A DNA stretch of 60,000 nt from Malacoraja senta (taxonomy: Eukaryota), in the NCBI GenBank assembly GCA_038087875.1, contig CM075990.1, positions 9,364,001-9,424,000 of the forward strand. The letters are read 5' to 3'. Within the stretch, counting starts at the first letter, position 1; each line of letters begins with the position of its first letter. The position numbers were made by a program, and so were the translations under genes. The notes under the pieces are model-generated. The model was not told the origin of the DNA, searched no databases, and saw nothing but the letters and a program-made list of their open reading frames with translations. Below, piece after piece: positions 1-13,280 of this stretch.

Positions 1-78
1 AGGAAGGCACTTTGGTCGGCTTGGACGTGCTAAGTAAAAGGGCCTGTTTCCGTGGTGTATATTTCTGTGACTTTATAT
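1..78 (+). mobile_element. 3' tail fragment of a CR1 LINE or CR1-tailed SINE
   Basis: ttggtcggc...ggac...aagggcctgtttccgtg-type 3' end, similar to the CR1 tails near 23905-23960 and 41390-41455. Confidence 0.5.
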
Positions 79-1204
79 GGTTCAGTAATTTGTAGCTGAC
101 TGTCTAATTCATGAGAAACACTCATACAAAGTCATCCTGGAAGAACCAAAGAAAATATGGGCACACAGCCAAGCAATAACAGACGTATAACTAATAAAAG
201 ATGTGACAATCAGTGAATATTTTCGGATATAATGGGTTTCAAAAACAGTCCCTGGAGTATATTCTACATAAAATGCAGCATGCATATTTCATCAGAAACA
301 GGATGTGTCTATATTTCCTTTTGTCCTCACTTCAAGGAGTGTTTTATAATTCAGTAAAGAATGTTGTATTTGTCTTTCTGATGAATGAGATAGCCATCAG
401 CATTAGTAAGAATTATTAATATGTCATACCCTGTGCTGGTTGCAGGAAAAATAAACAACCAATGTGGAGGGTACAGTTTGTGATCAAATTATTTAAAAAT
501 ACTTCAAAATGTATTATACACATTTATTATTTTTTAAATGGCTGAGATTTCAATGTTTCTCCAAGAGCTGTGGATTATGTACTGTTGGCACATAGGCTGT
601 TGCTCATTACTGTTTTAGTCTGGCTAATGTTATGCACGGCCGTGTAACTGTGAAGCAAACATATATCAGTAGCTCTCAATGTGATTTCTGAAAACATTGT
701 GGGGGGTGGAGGATACATTCTAAGGTATGCTCAAAAAGACCATTGAAAAAAATGGGCGGGTTCAAGTTTGAGATTTGATGTTCAAACTCTCATAGTGGAA
801 TAAAAGGGGTCATTATCCTGTACTAAACCATCTTTTTAGAGTGGCTTGGGCCATTCCATTTACATTTCCCATACTGACCTGAATTTAACCCTTCCACTAA
901 AATCATGTCTTAATGTCAACCGAGTGTGGATCAGCACCATATACTTTAAAATATCAGGATATGACATCTTATTTCATGTATCCCTTTTTCTATGAAGTCT
1001 CATGTCTTATAGATTGATGGTGTAACATTTTTTAACACTATCCTTGTACCATCGAAAAAGTAAACTTGCTATGCAGGAATAGTTAGGTTTTTGACTTGAG
1101 GATCTGGGAGGCAATAATGCAAGGATTAACATTCCTCCAACACCTTTCCTGACCTCAGGATATCCCTAAATAACATGATTATAACGTATTTTACCTCAAA
1201 GTTA

Positions 1205-1968
1205 GATTTAGATAGATAGATAGATAGAATCTTTATTTGCCACACGACCAGGGTTGGTGGTATTTGGGTTCGGTACATGATGGTACACTGCTTTAGTCAC
1301 ATTAACACTAATAATAATAAAGTGCATCCATACCACATCACAAATCACAAATCTCACCAACAATACATAGTGCAAAAGAACAGACAAAAACCATAGACGA
1401 CACTGTATACATCAAAGTCAAAAAGTTATTGGAGGGAATTAAGTGTTCTTATTGCTGAGGGGAAGAAACTGTTTTTAAAACGGGTGGATTTTGTAGCAAG
1501 TGACCTAAGGCGCCTCCCTGAAGGGAGAGACTGGAAAAGGTGGTTTGCTGGATGGGAGGGGTCCGAGATGATCTTTGTTGCCCGTTTTGAGGTACGTTGG
1601 AGGTAAATGGAATGGATTGAGGGGAGGGGAGAGTTGATGATCCTAGAGGCCTTGGAGACAATGCGCTGTATTCTGTGTAGTGAATGACTGTCAGTGTTTC
1701 CGTACCAGACTGTGATTGAGGAAGTGATGATGCTTTCAATGATGGATTGATAGAAGCGGACCAGGAGGTGTTTGTGGACTCTGAACTTTTTGAGCTGTCT
1801 GAGGAAGTATAGGCGTTGTTGTCCTTTCTTAATGATGTGGTCAGCATTGTTGTGCCATTTTAGATTATTGCAGATATAGGTGCCCAGAAACTTAAATAAG
1901 TTCGTGGAGGTTATGGGATGGGAGTTGACATGGACCGGGGGTTTGAGGTTTTGTTTGCTCCTGAAATC
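1205..1968 (-). mobile_element. 5'-truncated Rex1/Babar-type LINE fragment
   Basis: Minus strand reads FKFLGTYICNNLKWHNNADHIIKKGQQRLYFLRQLKKF (RT thumb/C-terminal region); ends in aataaag followed by a (tcta)n tail at ~1205-1236. Confidence 0.75.
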
Positions 1969-2380
1969 TAGTTAAAATATTATGAAGTGTAATTGCTGTG
2001 GTCATGTCAATAACATAGTATTTTTTCTACATCATTTTGGATTTCATGAGTATGGATAACGTAGCTTTAAGCCAAGTTATTGATGACATTGGAGAAACAG
2101 ATAATGAGCATTGTATCAGATCTAGGGGGTTCACTTTCAAAACATATTTACCTGACTATTAAACATGTGAATTGTTTACTGATAAGTAATTAATAAAATG
2201 CTCAAAATCTATGCTACATATTCAATTAGATTTGACCATTGATTAACAAATATCTGTTGAACAGTTGCTCCGATAATTGTTTATGCAGTGTTATTCCATA
2301 TTGGGTTCACCAATGGATAATAGGTGAGTAGGACTTGGTGTTAGCTTGAATGCAAGCAACAAGATTTTAGATGAGCTCAC

Positions 2381-2705
2381 TTTAGTTTAATTCAGAGATG
2401 CAGCGTGGAACAGGCTCTTCGGCCTACTGAGTCTGCACCAACTATTAATTACTTGTTCACACTAGTTCGATGTTATCCCACTTTCTAATCCACTCCCTAC
2501 ACACTAAGGGTAATTTACAGATGCCAATTGACCAACAAACCCCCACATCCTTGGTATGTAGAAGGAAGTCAGAGCACCCGGAAGAAATCCATGTGGTCAC
2601 AAGAAAAACAAGCAAACGCCACACAGACAGCACCCGAGGTCAGCATTGAATCCGGGTCACTGGAGCTGTGAAGCAATGGCTCTACCAGCATCACCACTGT
2701 GCTGC
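2381..2705 (-). mobile_element. tRNA-derived SINE with CR1-like tail (HE1/V-SINE type)
   Basis: tRNA-like head with B-box-like ccggattcaatgc, central gtgtggcgtttgc core and gaagagcctgttcc CR1 tail; homologous to 33136-33446. Confidence 0.7.
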
Positions 2706-3534
2706 ATGGAAGGTTGGAAAATGGGAGACTCAACAGGGAATTCAATTAATAAGTCTGAAGGAGTTAATTTTTGTAGGTTTGAAGCCAAACTGCTTATTGA
2801 TTTTATTATATTTTTTTCCTTAGATGATCCTTGCTCCAGGATCCAGATGAACTACCAGTTGTTAGAACATTGTTAGCGCTACTTCAGCCCAACTTTAAAG
2901 AAGTGCGCTGTCTAGAACATTTTGTTTTCTTTCAAATTTTATCACTCTGATGGTTGACAACAGTTTTCCAGTAAACCCAGAAGATATAGCAATTGATCAG
3001 GCTTTTAGTCACTAGTTCTTGGCTAAACTAAGAAAAACGTCAAATTCTCTCTTTGAAGAAACACTGTCATGTAATCTCTGACAAGATAACAGCAAAAACA
3101 ATGAAGAATCCAACTTGTTTGACAGTACAGTTTTTTCTGTACAATTTGGGAGACAAATCAAATACAGAACAAGACAGAAACTGAGTATTGTCTATATACA
3201 ATGAGACTTGGTTATAAAACCTTTTACTAAGATCTGGATTTGTAGCCCCTCAAAACGTTACATTATCTTAGCTCAATAAGCATCAGCACAAATTCAACAA
3301 TTTATTTCACAAAATCAATTTGAATGGTGAGAATAGAAAATTGATTTATTTGGATTGATACTGCAACAGTTAGCCACTGTTGCCAACATTACCAACAGGC
3401 AAAAAAAAAATCTTATTTTGCACCAACCTTTGAACTTTCTAAAACAGGGGAAAATCTAACAGGGGTCCTACTAAATTCAGATATAAAGGCATCCAGAACA
3501 AGTGCTTACAATGTCAACCGAGGACGTACATGCC

Positions 3535-4188
3535 AATGGGGATAAATGGGATTACTGTGGATAGGGTCAGCAGCTTTAAATACCTGGGAGTCCACATACA
3601 AGAGGATCTGACATGGACAACACACACTGCTGCACTGGTGAGAAAGACAAGGTAGCGCCTTTACCACCTCAGGCAGCTGAGGAAATTCAGTCTCTCTGAG
3701 GATTCTTCAATCCTTCTAATCTGGTGCTGTAGAAAGCATCCTGTCCGGAAACATCTCGATCTCGTTTGGCAACAGCTCTGCCCAGGACAGGAAGGCTCTG
3801 CAGAGAGTAGTGCGTTCGGCCGAATGCACCATGGGAACTACACTCACCCCCCCTGCAGGACCTATACACCGGGAGGTGCAGATCCAGAGCCAGCAAGATA
3901 ATGAAGGCCCCTACCACCCCAGCAACGGACTGTTCCAGCTGCTATGGTCAGGCAAGCGCCTCCGTTGTCACGCTGCAAAAACAGAAAGGATAAGACGGAG
4001 TTTCTTCCCACAGGCCATCAGGACTGTAAACTCTGATCTCACCAGGGAGTAATTACTGTTGCGTCTTTTAAAAAAATGTAAATACTGGTTCTGTTCTGTT
4101 GTTTTGCACAATCTCGCAGGCATTGCCACTTTCATTTCACTGCACATCTTGTATGTGTATGTGACAAATAAAGTTGACTTGAATTGAA
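3535..4188 (+). mobile_element. 5'-truncated Rex1/Babar-type LINE fragment
   Basis: VSSFKYLGVHIQEDLTW...RRSFFPQAIR (disrupted); 3' end gtgacaaataaagttgacttga. Confidence 0.8.
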
Positions 4189-4534
4189 TGGTGATGGCTA
4201 AATTTTCACTTATTCTAAATCTCCATCAGAAAACACCAAAACTCTTCCTTTATACAGAATTCTAAATGTCTACTCCTCCTACTACAATCACTGCAAACCG
4301 CTTGTCATCTCATGGTCACCTTCAACACAGATAACAAACATTTCATGTTTAAATTTTGAAACAACTTGTTATATTTCCATCAAGGGAACTCATTAATTAC
4401 ATACTGCTTTGCTGATAGAATAAATGCACTGCAACATTAAAGGCAGCAGGCCACCAGTATCATCTCAAAGTATAAACCTTTGCATGATTCTGTTTGAGGT
4501 CACAGCTCATATTCTTCTTAAGAAAAATCTCTCC

Positions 4535-4730
4535 GTCATAGATGGATCACTCACCCCTGTCTCCTCTGTGTCCCGTAGTTCTGTTCTTGTTCCCTTTCTC
4601 CGCAGACAGAACAGGGATAGTGTTCCCCTGGTCCTCACCTTTCACCCACCAGCCTTCGTATCCAACACATTTGACATACTCTGACATTTCCGTCTCACCT
4701 CCAATATGATCCCACCACTAGTCACATCTT
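4535..4730 (+). mobile_element. Penelope-like element fragment, left part (interrupted by CR1)
   Basis: VPLVLTFHP motif; colinear with Penelope sequence at ~53520-53700. Confidence 0.75.
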
Positions 4731-7560
4731 ATTAATGAATATGATATGGTCGGGATCACGGAGACATGGCTCCAGGGTGACCAAGGTTGGGAGCTGAACA
4801 ACCAGGGATATTCAATATTCAGGAGGGATAGACAGAAAGGAAAAGGAGGTGGGGTAGCGTTGCTGGTTAGAGAGGAGATTAACGCAATAGAAAGGAAGGA
4901 CATTAGCTTGGAGGATGTGGAATCGATATGGGTAGAGCTGCGAAACACTAAGGGGCAGAAAACGCTAGTGGGAGTTGTGTACAGGCCACCTAACAGTAAT
5001 AGTGGAGTTGGGGATGGCATCAAACAGGAAATTAGAAATGCGTGCAACAAAGGTAAAACAGTTATAATGGGTGACTTCAATCTACATATAGATTGGGTGA
5101 ATCAAATTGGCAGGGGTGCTGAGGAAGAGGATTTCTTGGAATGTATGCGGGATAGTTTTCTAAACCAACATGTAGAGGAACCAATGAGAGAGCAGGCTAT
5201 TCTAGACTGGGTATTAAGTAATGAGGAAGGGTTAGTTAGCAGTCTTGTTGTGCGTGGCCCCTTGGGCAAGAGTGAACATAATATGGTTGAGTTCTTCATT
5301 AGGATGGAGAGTGACATTGTTAATTCAGAAACAAGGGTCCCGAACTTAAAGAAAGGTAACTTTGAGGGTATGAGACGTGAATTGGCCAAGATAGACTGGC
5401 AATTGATTCTTAAAGGGTTGACAGTGGATATGCAATGGAAGGCATTTAAAGACTGCATGAATGAACTACAACAATTGTTCATCCCAGTTTGGCAAAAGAA
5501 TAAATCAGGGAAGGTAGTACATCCGTGGATAACAAGGGAAATCAGGGATAGTATCAAAACAAAAGATAAAGCATACAAATTAGCCAGAAAAAGCAGCCTA
5601 CCAGGGGACTGGGAGAAATTCAGAGTCCGGCAGAGGAGGACAAAGGGCTTAATTAGGAAAGGGAAAATAGATTATGAAAGAAAACCTGCAGGGAACATAA
5701 AAACTGACTGCAAAAGTTTTTATAGATATGTGAAGAGAAAAAGATTAGTTAAAACAAATGTAGGTCCCTTGCAGTCAGAAACAGGCAAATTGATCATGGG
5801 GAACAAGGACATGGCAGACCAATTGAATAACTACTTTGCTTCTGTCTTCACTAAGGAAGACATAAATAATCTGCCGGAAATAGCAGGGGACCGGGGGTCA
5901 AATGAGATGGAGGAACTGAGTGAAATCCAGGTTAGCTGGGAAGTGATGTTAGGTAAATTGAATGGATTAAAGGCCGATAAATCCCCAGGGCCAGATAATT
6001 TGCATCCCAGAGTACTTAAGGAAGTAGCCCCAGAAATAGTGGATGCATTAGTGATAATTTTTCAAAACTCTTTAGATTCTGGAGTAGTTCCTGGGGATTG
6101 GAGGGTAGCTAATGTAACCCCACTTTTTAAAAAGGGAGGGAGAGAGAAAACGGGGAATTACAGACCAGTTAGTCTAACATTAGTAGTGGGGAAAATGCTA
6201 GAGTCGGTTATTAAAGATGGGATAGCAGCACATTTGGAAAGTGGTGAATTCATTGGACAAAGTCAGCATGGATTTATGAAAGGTAAATCATGTCTGACAA
6301 ATCTTATAGAATTTTTCAAGGATGTAACTAGTAGAGTGGATAAGGGAGAACCAGTGGATGTGTTATATCTGGACTTTCAGAAGGCTTTCGACAAGGTCCC
6401 ACATAAGAGATTAGTATGCAAACTTAAAGCACACGGTATTGAGGGTTCAGTATTGATGTGGATAGAGAACTGGCTGGCAGACAGGAAGCAAAGAGTAGGA
6501 GTAAACGGGTCCTTTTCAGAATGGCAGGCAGTGACTAGTGGGGTACCGCAAGGCTCAGTGCTGGGACCCCAGCTATTTGCAATATATATTAATGATCTGG
6601 ATGGGGGAATTGAATGCAACATCTCCAAGTTTGCGGATGACACAAAGCTGGGGGGCAGTGTTAGCTGTGAGGAGGATGCTAGGAGGCTGCAAGGTGACTT
6701 GGATAGGTTGGGTGAGTGGGCAAATGCATGGCAGATGCAGTATAATGTGGATAAATGTGAGGTTATCCACTTTGGTGGCAAAAACAGGAAAGTAGACTAT
6801 TATCTGAATGGTGGCCGATTAGGAAAAGGGGAGATGCAACGAGACCTGGGTGTCATGGTACACCAGTCATTGAAAGTAGGCATGCAGGTGCAGCAGGCAG
6901 TGAAGAAAGCAAATGGTATGTTAGCATTCATAGCAAAATGATTTGAGTATAAGAGCAGGGAGGTTCTACTGCAGTTGTACAGGGTCTTGGTAAGACCACA
7001 CCTGGAGTATTGCGTACAGTTTTGGTCTCCTAATCTGAGGAAAGACATTCTTGCCATAGAGGGAGTACAGAGAAGGTTCACCAGACTGATTCCTGGGATG
7101 GCAGGACTTTCATATGAAGAAAGACTGGATAGACTCGGCTTGTACTCGCTAGAATTTAGAAGATTGAGGGGGGATCTTATAGAAACTTACAAAATTCTTA
7201 AGGGGTTGGACAGGCTAGATTATTCCCGATGTTGGGAAAGTCCAGAACAAGGGGTCACAGTTTAAGGATAAGGGGGGAAGTCTTTTAGGACCGAGATGAG
7301 AAAATCATTTTTTTTACATAGTAGTGAATCTGTGGAATTCTCTGCCACAGAAGGTAGTTGAGGCCAGTTCATTGGCTATATTTAAGAGGGAGTTAGATGT
7401 GGCCCTTGTGGCTAAAGGGATCAGGGGGTATGGAGAGAAGGCAGGTACAGGATACTGAGTTGGATGATCAGCCATGATCATATTGAATGGCGGTGCAGGC
7501 TCGAAGGGCCGAATGGCCTACTCCTGCACCTATTTTCTATGTTTCTATGTTTCTATGTCT
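4731..7560 (+). mobile_element. 5'-truncated CR1 LINE
   Basis: APE-RT ORF2, CR1 3' hairpin, (tctatgtt)n tail; short ATCTT duplication at 4726-4730 and 7561-7565. Confidence 0.95.
4746..7265 (+). pseudogene. CR1 ORF2 (apurinic endonuclease + reverse transcriptase), premature stop at 6939-6941
   Basis: ITETW, VYRPP, GDFN, DFQKAFD, GVPQGSVLGP and FADD motifs; the homologous sequence continues after the stop ([15 protein letters not shown]). Confidence 0.92.
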
Positions 7561-7965
7561 ATCTTCCATCTCCACCCATTTCCACCTTCCGCAGAGACCG
7601 CTCCCTCTGCAACTACTTAGTCCACTCATCCTTTCCCACCTAAACCAAACCTTCCCCGGGTACATTCCCCTGCAACCACATGAGAAGCAACACCTGTCCC
7701 CATACCTCCATCCAGCGACCCAACAGTCCTTCCAGGTGAGACAGAGATTCACGTGCACATCCTCTAGCCTCATCTACTGCACCCGTTGGCCTCCTGTATA
7801 TCAGCGAGACCAAGCATAGACTCAGCGAAAGTTTCGCTGATCACTTGCATTCGGTCTGCCAAAGCCGACTGGATCTCCCGGTTGCTAACCATTTTAACTC
7901 CTCTTTCCATTCCCACACTGACCTTTCTATCCTGGGCCTCCTCCATGGCTGGAGCAAGGCCACGG
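7561..7965 (+). mobile_element. Penelope-like element fragment, right part (degenerate GIY-YIG region)
   Basis: QSFQVRQRFTCTSSSLIYC matches the ORF at 53715-54212. Confidence 0.8.
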
Positions 7966-9479
7966 TTTCTACAAAATTCAAAAATAAGTACAGCACCAGT
8001 ATAATCTGAAAACATCAATGGACATCAATTTGTAAATACAGAACATTTGAAGCATCAAAATGTCATAAACTCCAGGGTGGCGACTAAAGGAAAAAAAATA
8101 TTCCTATCTACATTAACAAATATTTGTCTCACACCTCTCACAGAAAGTCATTATCAAGCACAAGGAATTATTTTAAGCATATTATTTTATATCTCATTTT
8201 ACGGACCAACTTAAACAGTCAGTTTAATAATATATTTCTGATAGTTTAAATATTTCACCCGCACAAATGGCTATTAAATCTCGTATGGTTTTCAGTATTA
8301 TATATTATTGCACCACAATGCTTGCAATGCTTCCCCAGATAATTCAATGACCATGTTGGAAATAAAAATAGTAAGACAATATATCTTTAAAAAAAAAACA
8401 CTCAAGTTATTGAATGTTTGAGGATATGTTCAAGGCAACAAGACTTGTTGATCTATATCAAGCACTGCTCTGCCAAATCATACATATTCCAGGATCACCA
8501 GAGGGCAAAGATAATCTGCAGAACATCCAACACTACAAACCCTACCTCTAAATCTTTCTCACCAACCATTTTACTCCCATCAAGTGCAAGGAGATTGTGT
8601 ACATGTTTGATTTTCTCCAGTCAGATTTCCATTTCAGCTACAGCCTGACTTCTCCCCTTCATCTTCCTATTTCCCACCTCAGACTATTCACCATTTGCTA
8701 CTTTGCCTTATTTATTTTTCTAATAGCTTGCACGAAGGCCATTGAGATCTTTCCATGTTATAAATTATATAAAAAATGAAATATGTTGATGTAGTCAAGA
8801 AACATTACTTTTTTAAATGTTTCCCTTTCTGCACCAACAAATTAAAACACGATCAGAAGTACAAGCATTGAATAGCTAATCTTAGAGTTTACTGTTTTAC
8901 CAAAACAAAAATCAGAATTACCTTTGACCAAAATCTTTCTTTTTTTGGTAACAAATCAAGACATTTAGTAATGAACTAGACTAAGTGGGACCTGTTGGGT
9001 CCCAGCATCACACGGGAGGGCTGGTCACCCAACGCAATATTCCACCTCTCTACCAATTCCAATATTGCTCGCCAGTGGGGGGGGGGGGGCTTTCTGTTGC
9101 ACTAGTATGGGTGTTGTGGGCTGAAGGTACTGGTTTCCAGAGGGCTAGTATAGACATTGTGGGCCGAATGGATTCTTGCGCTGGCAGCTCAGTCACTGAG
9201 TCCTGGCAGTACAGTCACTCGGACCTGGCAGGCTGGCAGCTGAGAAACTGACAGAAATTCTGCCCAAAACAGGTGACAGACTGTGAGAGAGAGAAGGGGG
9301 AGAGAGTGGACTGATTGGATTATTGGGCTGGCAGTTCAGTCACTTACGGCTGGTGGGTTGGCAGTTCACTTACCCATGGCTCGTGGGCTGGCAGTGCAGT
9401 CACTCACGCCTGGTACGCTGGCAGTTCACTCAGTCACCTCTCCTCCCTTCACCCCCCCCCCCCCACTCTGCTCCTTGTC

Positions 9480-9725
9480 ATTCACACACACAGACTCATT
9501 CACACATACACACACAGACTCACTCACACACAGACTCATTCACACACAGACTCATTCACACACACAGACTCATTCACACACACACACATATACACACACA
9601 CACAGGCTCCTTCACACATACACACACAGACTCATTCACACACACACACAGACTCATTCACACACATACACAGACTCATTCACACACACACAGACTCATT
9701 CTCACACACACACAGACTCCTTCAC

Positions 9726-9756
<31 letters not shown>

Positions 9757-9955
9757 CAGACTCATTCACACACACACACATACACACACAGACTCATTCA
9801 CACACACACACACACACACAGACTCATTCACACACACACACACACACAAACTCATTCACACACACACACACACACACACAGACTCATTCACACACACTCA
9901 TTTTCACACACACACACAAATACACACACACTCATTCACTCACACACACTCACCC
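9480..9955. repeat. Compound (CA)n satellite with recurring cagactcatt unit
   Basis: Directly visible; it generates the spurious His/Thr-rich ORFs. Confidence 0.95.
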
Positions 9956-10006
9956 AATACTAAAATGCCAAGTAACTTCAGAACGTGTTGAATATACGAG
10001 GCTCAA

Positions 10007-10840
10007 ACGAAACTCCGTTTCCACAGCCATACAAACAAAACAATTCTTACACGACACACAAACAATTCAATTTACAGAAAAACATCCATCACAGTGAATC
10101 TCCTCCTCACTGTGATGGAAGGCAAAGTCTTTTCTCTCCCCTGCACCATTTTTTCTCCCGATGTTGAAGCCCCAGGCGGGCAATGTTAAGTCCCACTGCC
10201 ATTTTAGGCCGTGCTGGGCGATGTACGGCCCCGCTCCGGGCCCAGAAGTCACATGTTGGAGCCCCCGGCGGGCGCTGGAATGTCCCGCGGCTGTTAAAGC
10301 CGCGCTGGGCGATGTACGGCCCCGCTCCGGATCGTTCCAACCCCGCGACTCGGGCTGGAGAAGTTGCGTTGCAGGAGCTCCAGAAAGCGGTCTCTCATCC
10401 GGACCCGCGAGCTCCCGATATCACAGTCCACCGGTCTGCAGCTGCAGCTGGAGCTCCGGAGTCGGGCCGCAGCAACGAGCCACCACCGCTCCCCACGCTC
10501 AAAGGCCGGCCAGCCCCACGATGGTGAGTCCGCAGCTCCGCAGGCTCTGCAACTGGAGCCCCCAGATCGTCCCGGTCGGAGGCCGCTCCACGGAGCTAGG
10601 CCCCAACGACAACGGAGACCCGACAGGGAAAAAGTCGTGTCTCCCGTGCAGGGAAGAGATTTTAAAAGTTTCCCCCTCTCCCCCCCCCCCCCCGCCCCCC
10701 ACATATACAGTTAGAAACAGTACCAAAAAACAAAAAAAAACAAAAAAAACACAAACAACTACATTTAACTAGTCAAAAAAACAACAACAAGACAGACAGG
10801 CTGTAGGGGCCGCTGCAGTAATCCTGCGCCGCCGCTCCTG
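10007..10840 (-). mobile_element. Non-coding GC-rich retroposon-like element carried inside the Helitron
   Basis: Shares the ccatcacagtga...tcactgtgatgg hairpin with 21257-21625 and 22100-22322. Confidence 0.55.
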
Positions 10841-12811
10841 TAGAAGCTGCTGGTGCTGAAGCAAAAACATGCTTTAAATAACATCCAACAAACACACTCA
10901 TCATAGACAGAGCAGCTCTCCTGAATTATTTAACGGCGCCTGCACTCGGCGCCATCTTGACGTCACCCTCTGAGTGAGCCTCGACACTTCCGGGTTTTTA
11001 TTGTCCCTCCCCCCTGCCGCCAGCAGAGAGAATGGCAAATTTTTAAAAAACATTAATATCTCTCTGATGGGAAAAATCCTCCGGTCCAGTACAGCGGAGG
11101 GGGGCTCTGAGCGAGGTGGCCAAAAATGACGGCTGTAAGTGGCGGCATTCTCTCGGAAATCACATCACAGTAAGTCAAAAGCAGTCAAGATCAGACTTTT
11201 AGTAATATAGATAGATGATTCCTAGATCCAGTAAAAATGTCAAACGTGTAATCAACAAACTTACTGAACAAAAGGACATCAGAATTTTAGAAAACATTGC
11301 AATACAATGTCCACAAATAATAAAAATCAGAAAAGCTGTTAATCTAACGGCTAGATAACCAATAATTTCATTTATCCGAGTGTACCTTTCTCACGGTGAG
11401 ATTCAGTCATCCACTGTCACCCTATATAATTTTAACATATAATCATTCAGAAGAACCTAAAAGTTAATAACCACCTTGGGTGTTCAAAAACTCTTGGCAA
11501 CTAAATTCAGATTTTAAAAATAACTTCAAAATCTAGGCCCTAAGCTTTATCAAAAGTTATCATAAAATCATACTTCACAGTCATAAATGTCATATTTTCT
11601 GTCAGCATTAAGCATGGTACTTTTGAATGTCAACACTTCGAATTAATCTAGTTTTCTAAACATCACAATGTCACAATCTAGTTATTCGTGGCTTGGTAGG
11701 TTGCATCCTGTCATTCATTAAGTCGTCAACTCCTATTAAATAATTTTAAGAAATGGAAATCCTCACAGGACTTGATAAAAGATAAGCTAATCATGGAGTG
11801 GTAGAGAAATACCGAGGCATAATTGTGCATACATTTCTGGCTATTTCTTCTACTGAGGAAATGTTAAGTGACATTTAAAAGCAAGGAAGAAAATTGCAAA
11901 ACCACAAATTTAGTTTGGGCCAGTAACTTCAATGTGCAATATCAGGATTGGTTTAATAGCAGGTGAAGGGTGAACATTCTCGACCTCATTATCACCAATC
12001 AATCTGATACCTGCATCTAGTTATGACGGAATTAATAAGAATGATGTCATATTATTATTTCAGAGACTAAGCCCCATTTTCACAAGCAGGACTTCCCATA
12101 ATGCTACTTGATACTACCATCATGATAAATAGGATAAACAGGAATCTAACAGTGTACACTCGATTTGAGTCTAATCTAAGATTATATCAGTAATAGTAAC
12201 AGTGGAAATATATTCCATCATAATCTGCTTTCTCCGTACCAAATGGACAAAAGCAGTAGAAGAAAGCACCTTTATACTACCTTCTGAAGATCAATTGTGA
12301 AAAGGTATCCAAGACTTGCACACCTATTAATAATAAATGATCTATTTTTTTAATGTCAAGTTCTGAATTGAAACTTTAGTTTACACATCTTTAGATAGAT
12401 GATACAAATTTGGTTGTTTCAAATTCACAAAATATTAAATCCTGAAGGCTCACATTAACAGTGCTTCTGCTGCCCTCTGCCAAGAACAAAGCCGGGCAAG
12501 AGAAAGATACAGATACAGTTTAAATTAACAAGAACAACGTTGATAGCCATCTCAGGCTCATCTTAATGCTAAATCTGTCAAGGACTTTAAACACTTCCGT
12601 AGGTCATTAAGACTCAAACACAAAAGTATTTTTTTCATTAACAACCATAGTTTAATTTATTTTTAGAAGCTTCTTACTCTGCTGCTGAACTCCAAGAGGA
12701 GGCTAACATAGGAGCAGAATCAGCAGAACTTCAAGAAAGAGCACAAGAAAATAAAAGCAGGCGTGGGACATGAATGGCTTTCATAAGTGATTCACCAGCC
12801 AGAGCACTTAG

Positions 12812-12929
12812 TCATAGGAGCAGAAACACTCCATTCGGCCCATTGAATCTACTCCGCCATTCAATCATGGCTGATGTATGTACCTGTCCCTCTCAACCCC
12901 ATTCTCCTGCCTTCTCCCTATAACCCTTA
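12812..12929 (-). mobile_element. CR1 3' end (continues at 19914 after nested insertions)
   Basis: ccattcggccc...aatcatggctgat...cccattctcctgccttctccc tail; joins to ccaatcaag at 19914. Confidence 0.75.
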
Positions 12930-12957
12930 AGAGCCTGTCCCACTTGACGTCATTTGA

Positions 12958-13145
12958 AGATAGACACAAAATGCTGGAGTAACTCAGCGGGACCGGCAGC
13001 ATCTCTGGAGAGAAGGAATGGATGATGTTTCGGGTCAAGACACTTCTTCAGGCTGAAGAAGCGTCTCGACCCGAAACGTCACCCATTGCTTCTCTCCAGA
13101 GATGCTGCAGTCTCGCTGAGTTACTCCAGCATTTTGTGTCTATCT
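12958..13145. mobile_element. Palindromic Penelope-pLTR-derived mini-element with hammerhead-like motifs
   Basis: ~94-bp inverted arms centred at ~13052; CTGAAGA...GAAACGTC on the plus strand and a degenerate copy on the minus strand. Confidence 0.8.
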
Positions 13146-13280
13146 CCAATCGTCTTGGCCCCGCTCTTTTTTTTTTTTTTTTTCCATAAATGTTTTTTTT
13201 ATTAGATTTTTAAACAAATGTACAATTTACAAGGAAGGGTAGAAAGCTCACACAATTTAAAAAACATTTACACAAAACTA

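Larger units (their letters stand above)
8976..11215 (-). mobile_element. Non-autonomous Helitron (about 2.24 kb)
   Basis: Minus strand begins TC (TCTATCTATATTAC) and ends CTAG; GC-rich hairpin TGGGACC-5 nt-GGTCCCA at 8986-9004 just inside the 3' end; A|T insertion site, no TSD. Confidence 0.75.

Noticed and set aside
9480..9900. Regularly spaced cagactcatt repeats resembling a CRISPR array
   Set aside because: The spacers are only (CA)n, there are no cas genes, and the context is eukaryotic
9283..10097. Three overlapping His/Thr-rich ORFs of 222-260 aa
   Set aside because: Translation artefacts of the (CA)n satellite
10161..10772. GC-rich ORFs on both strands
   Set aside because: No domain motifs; open frames are expected in GC-rich repeat DNA
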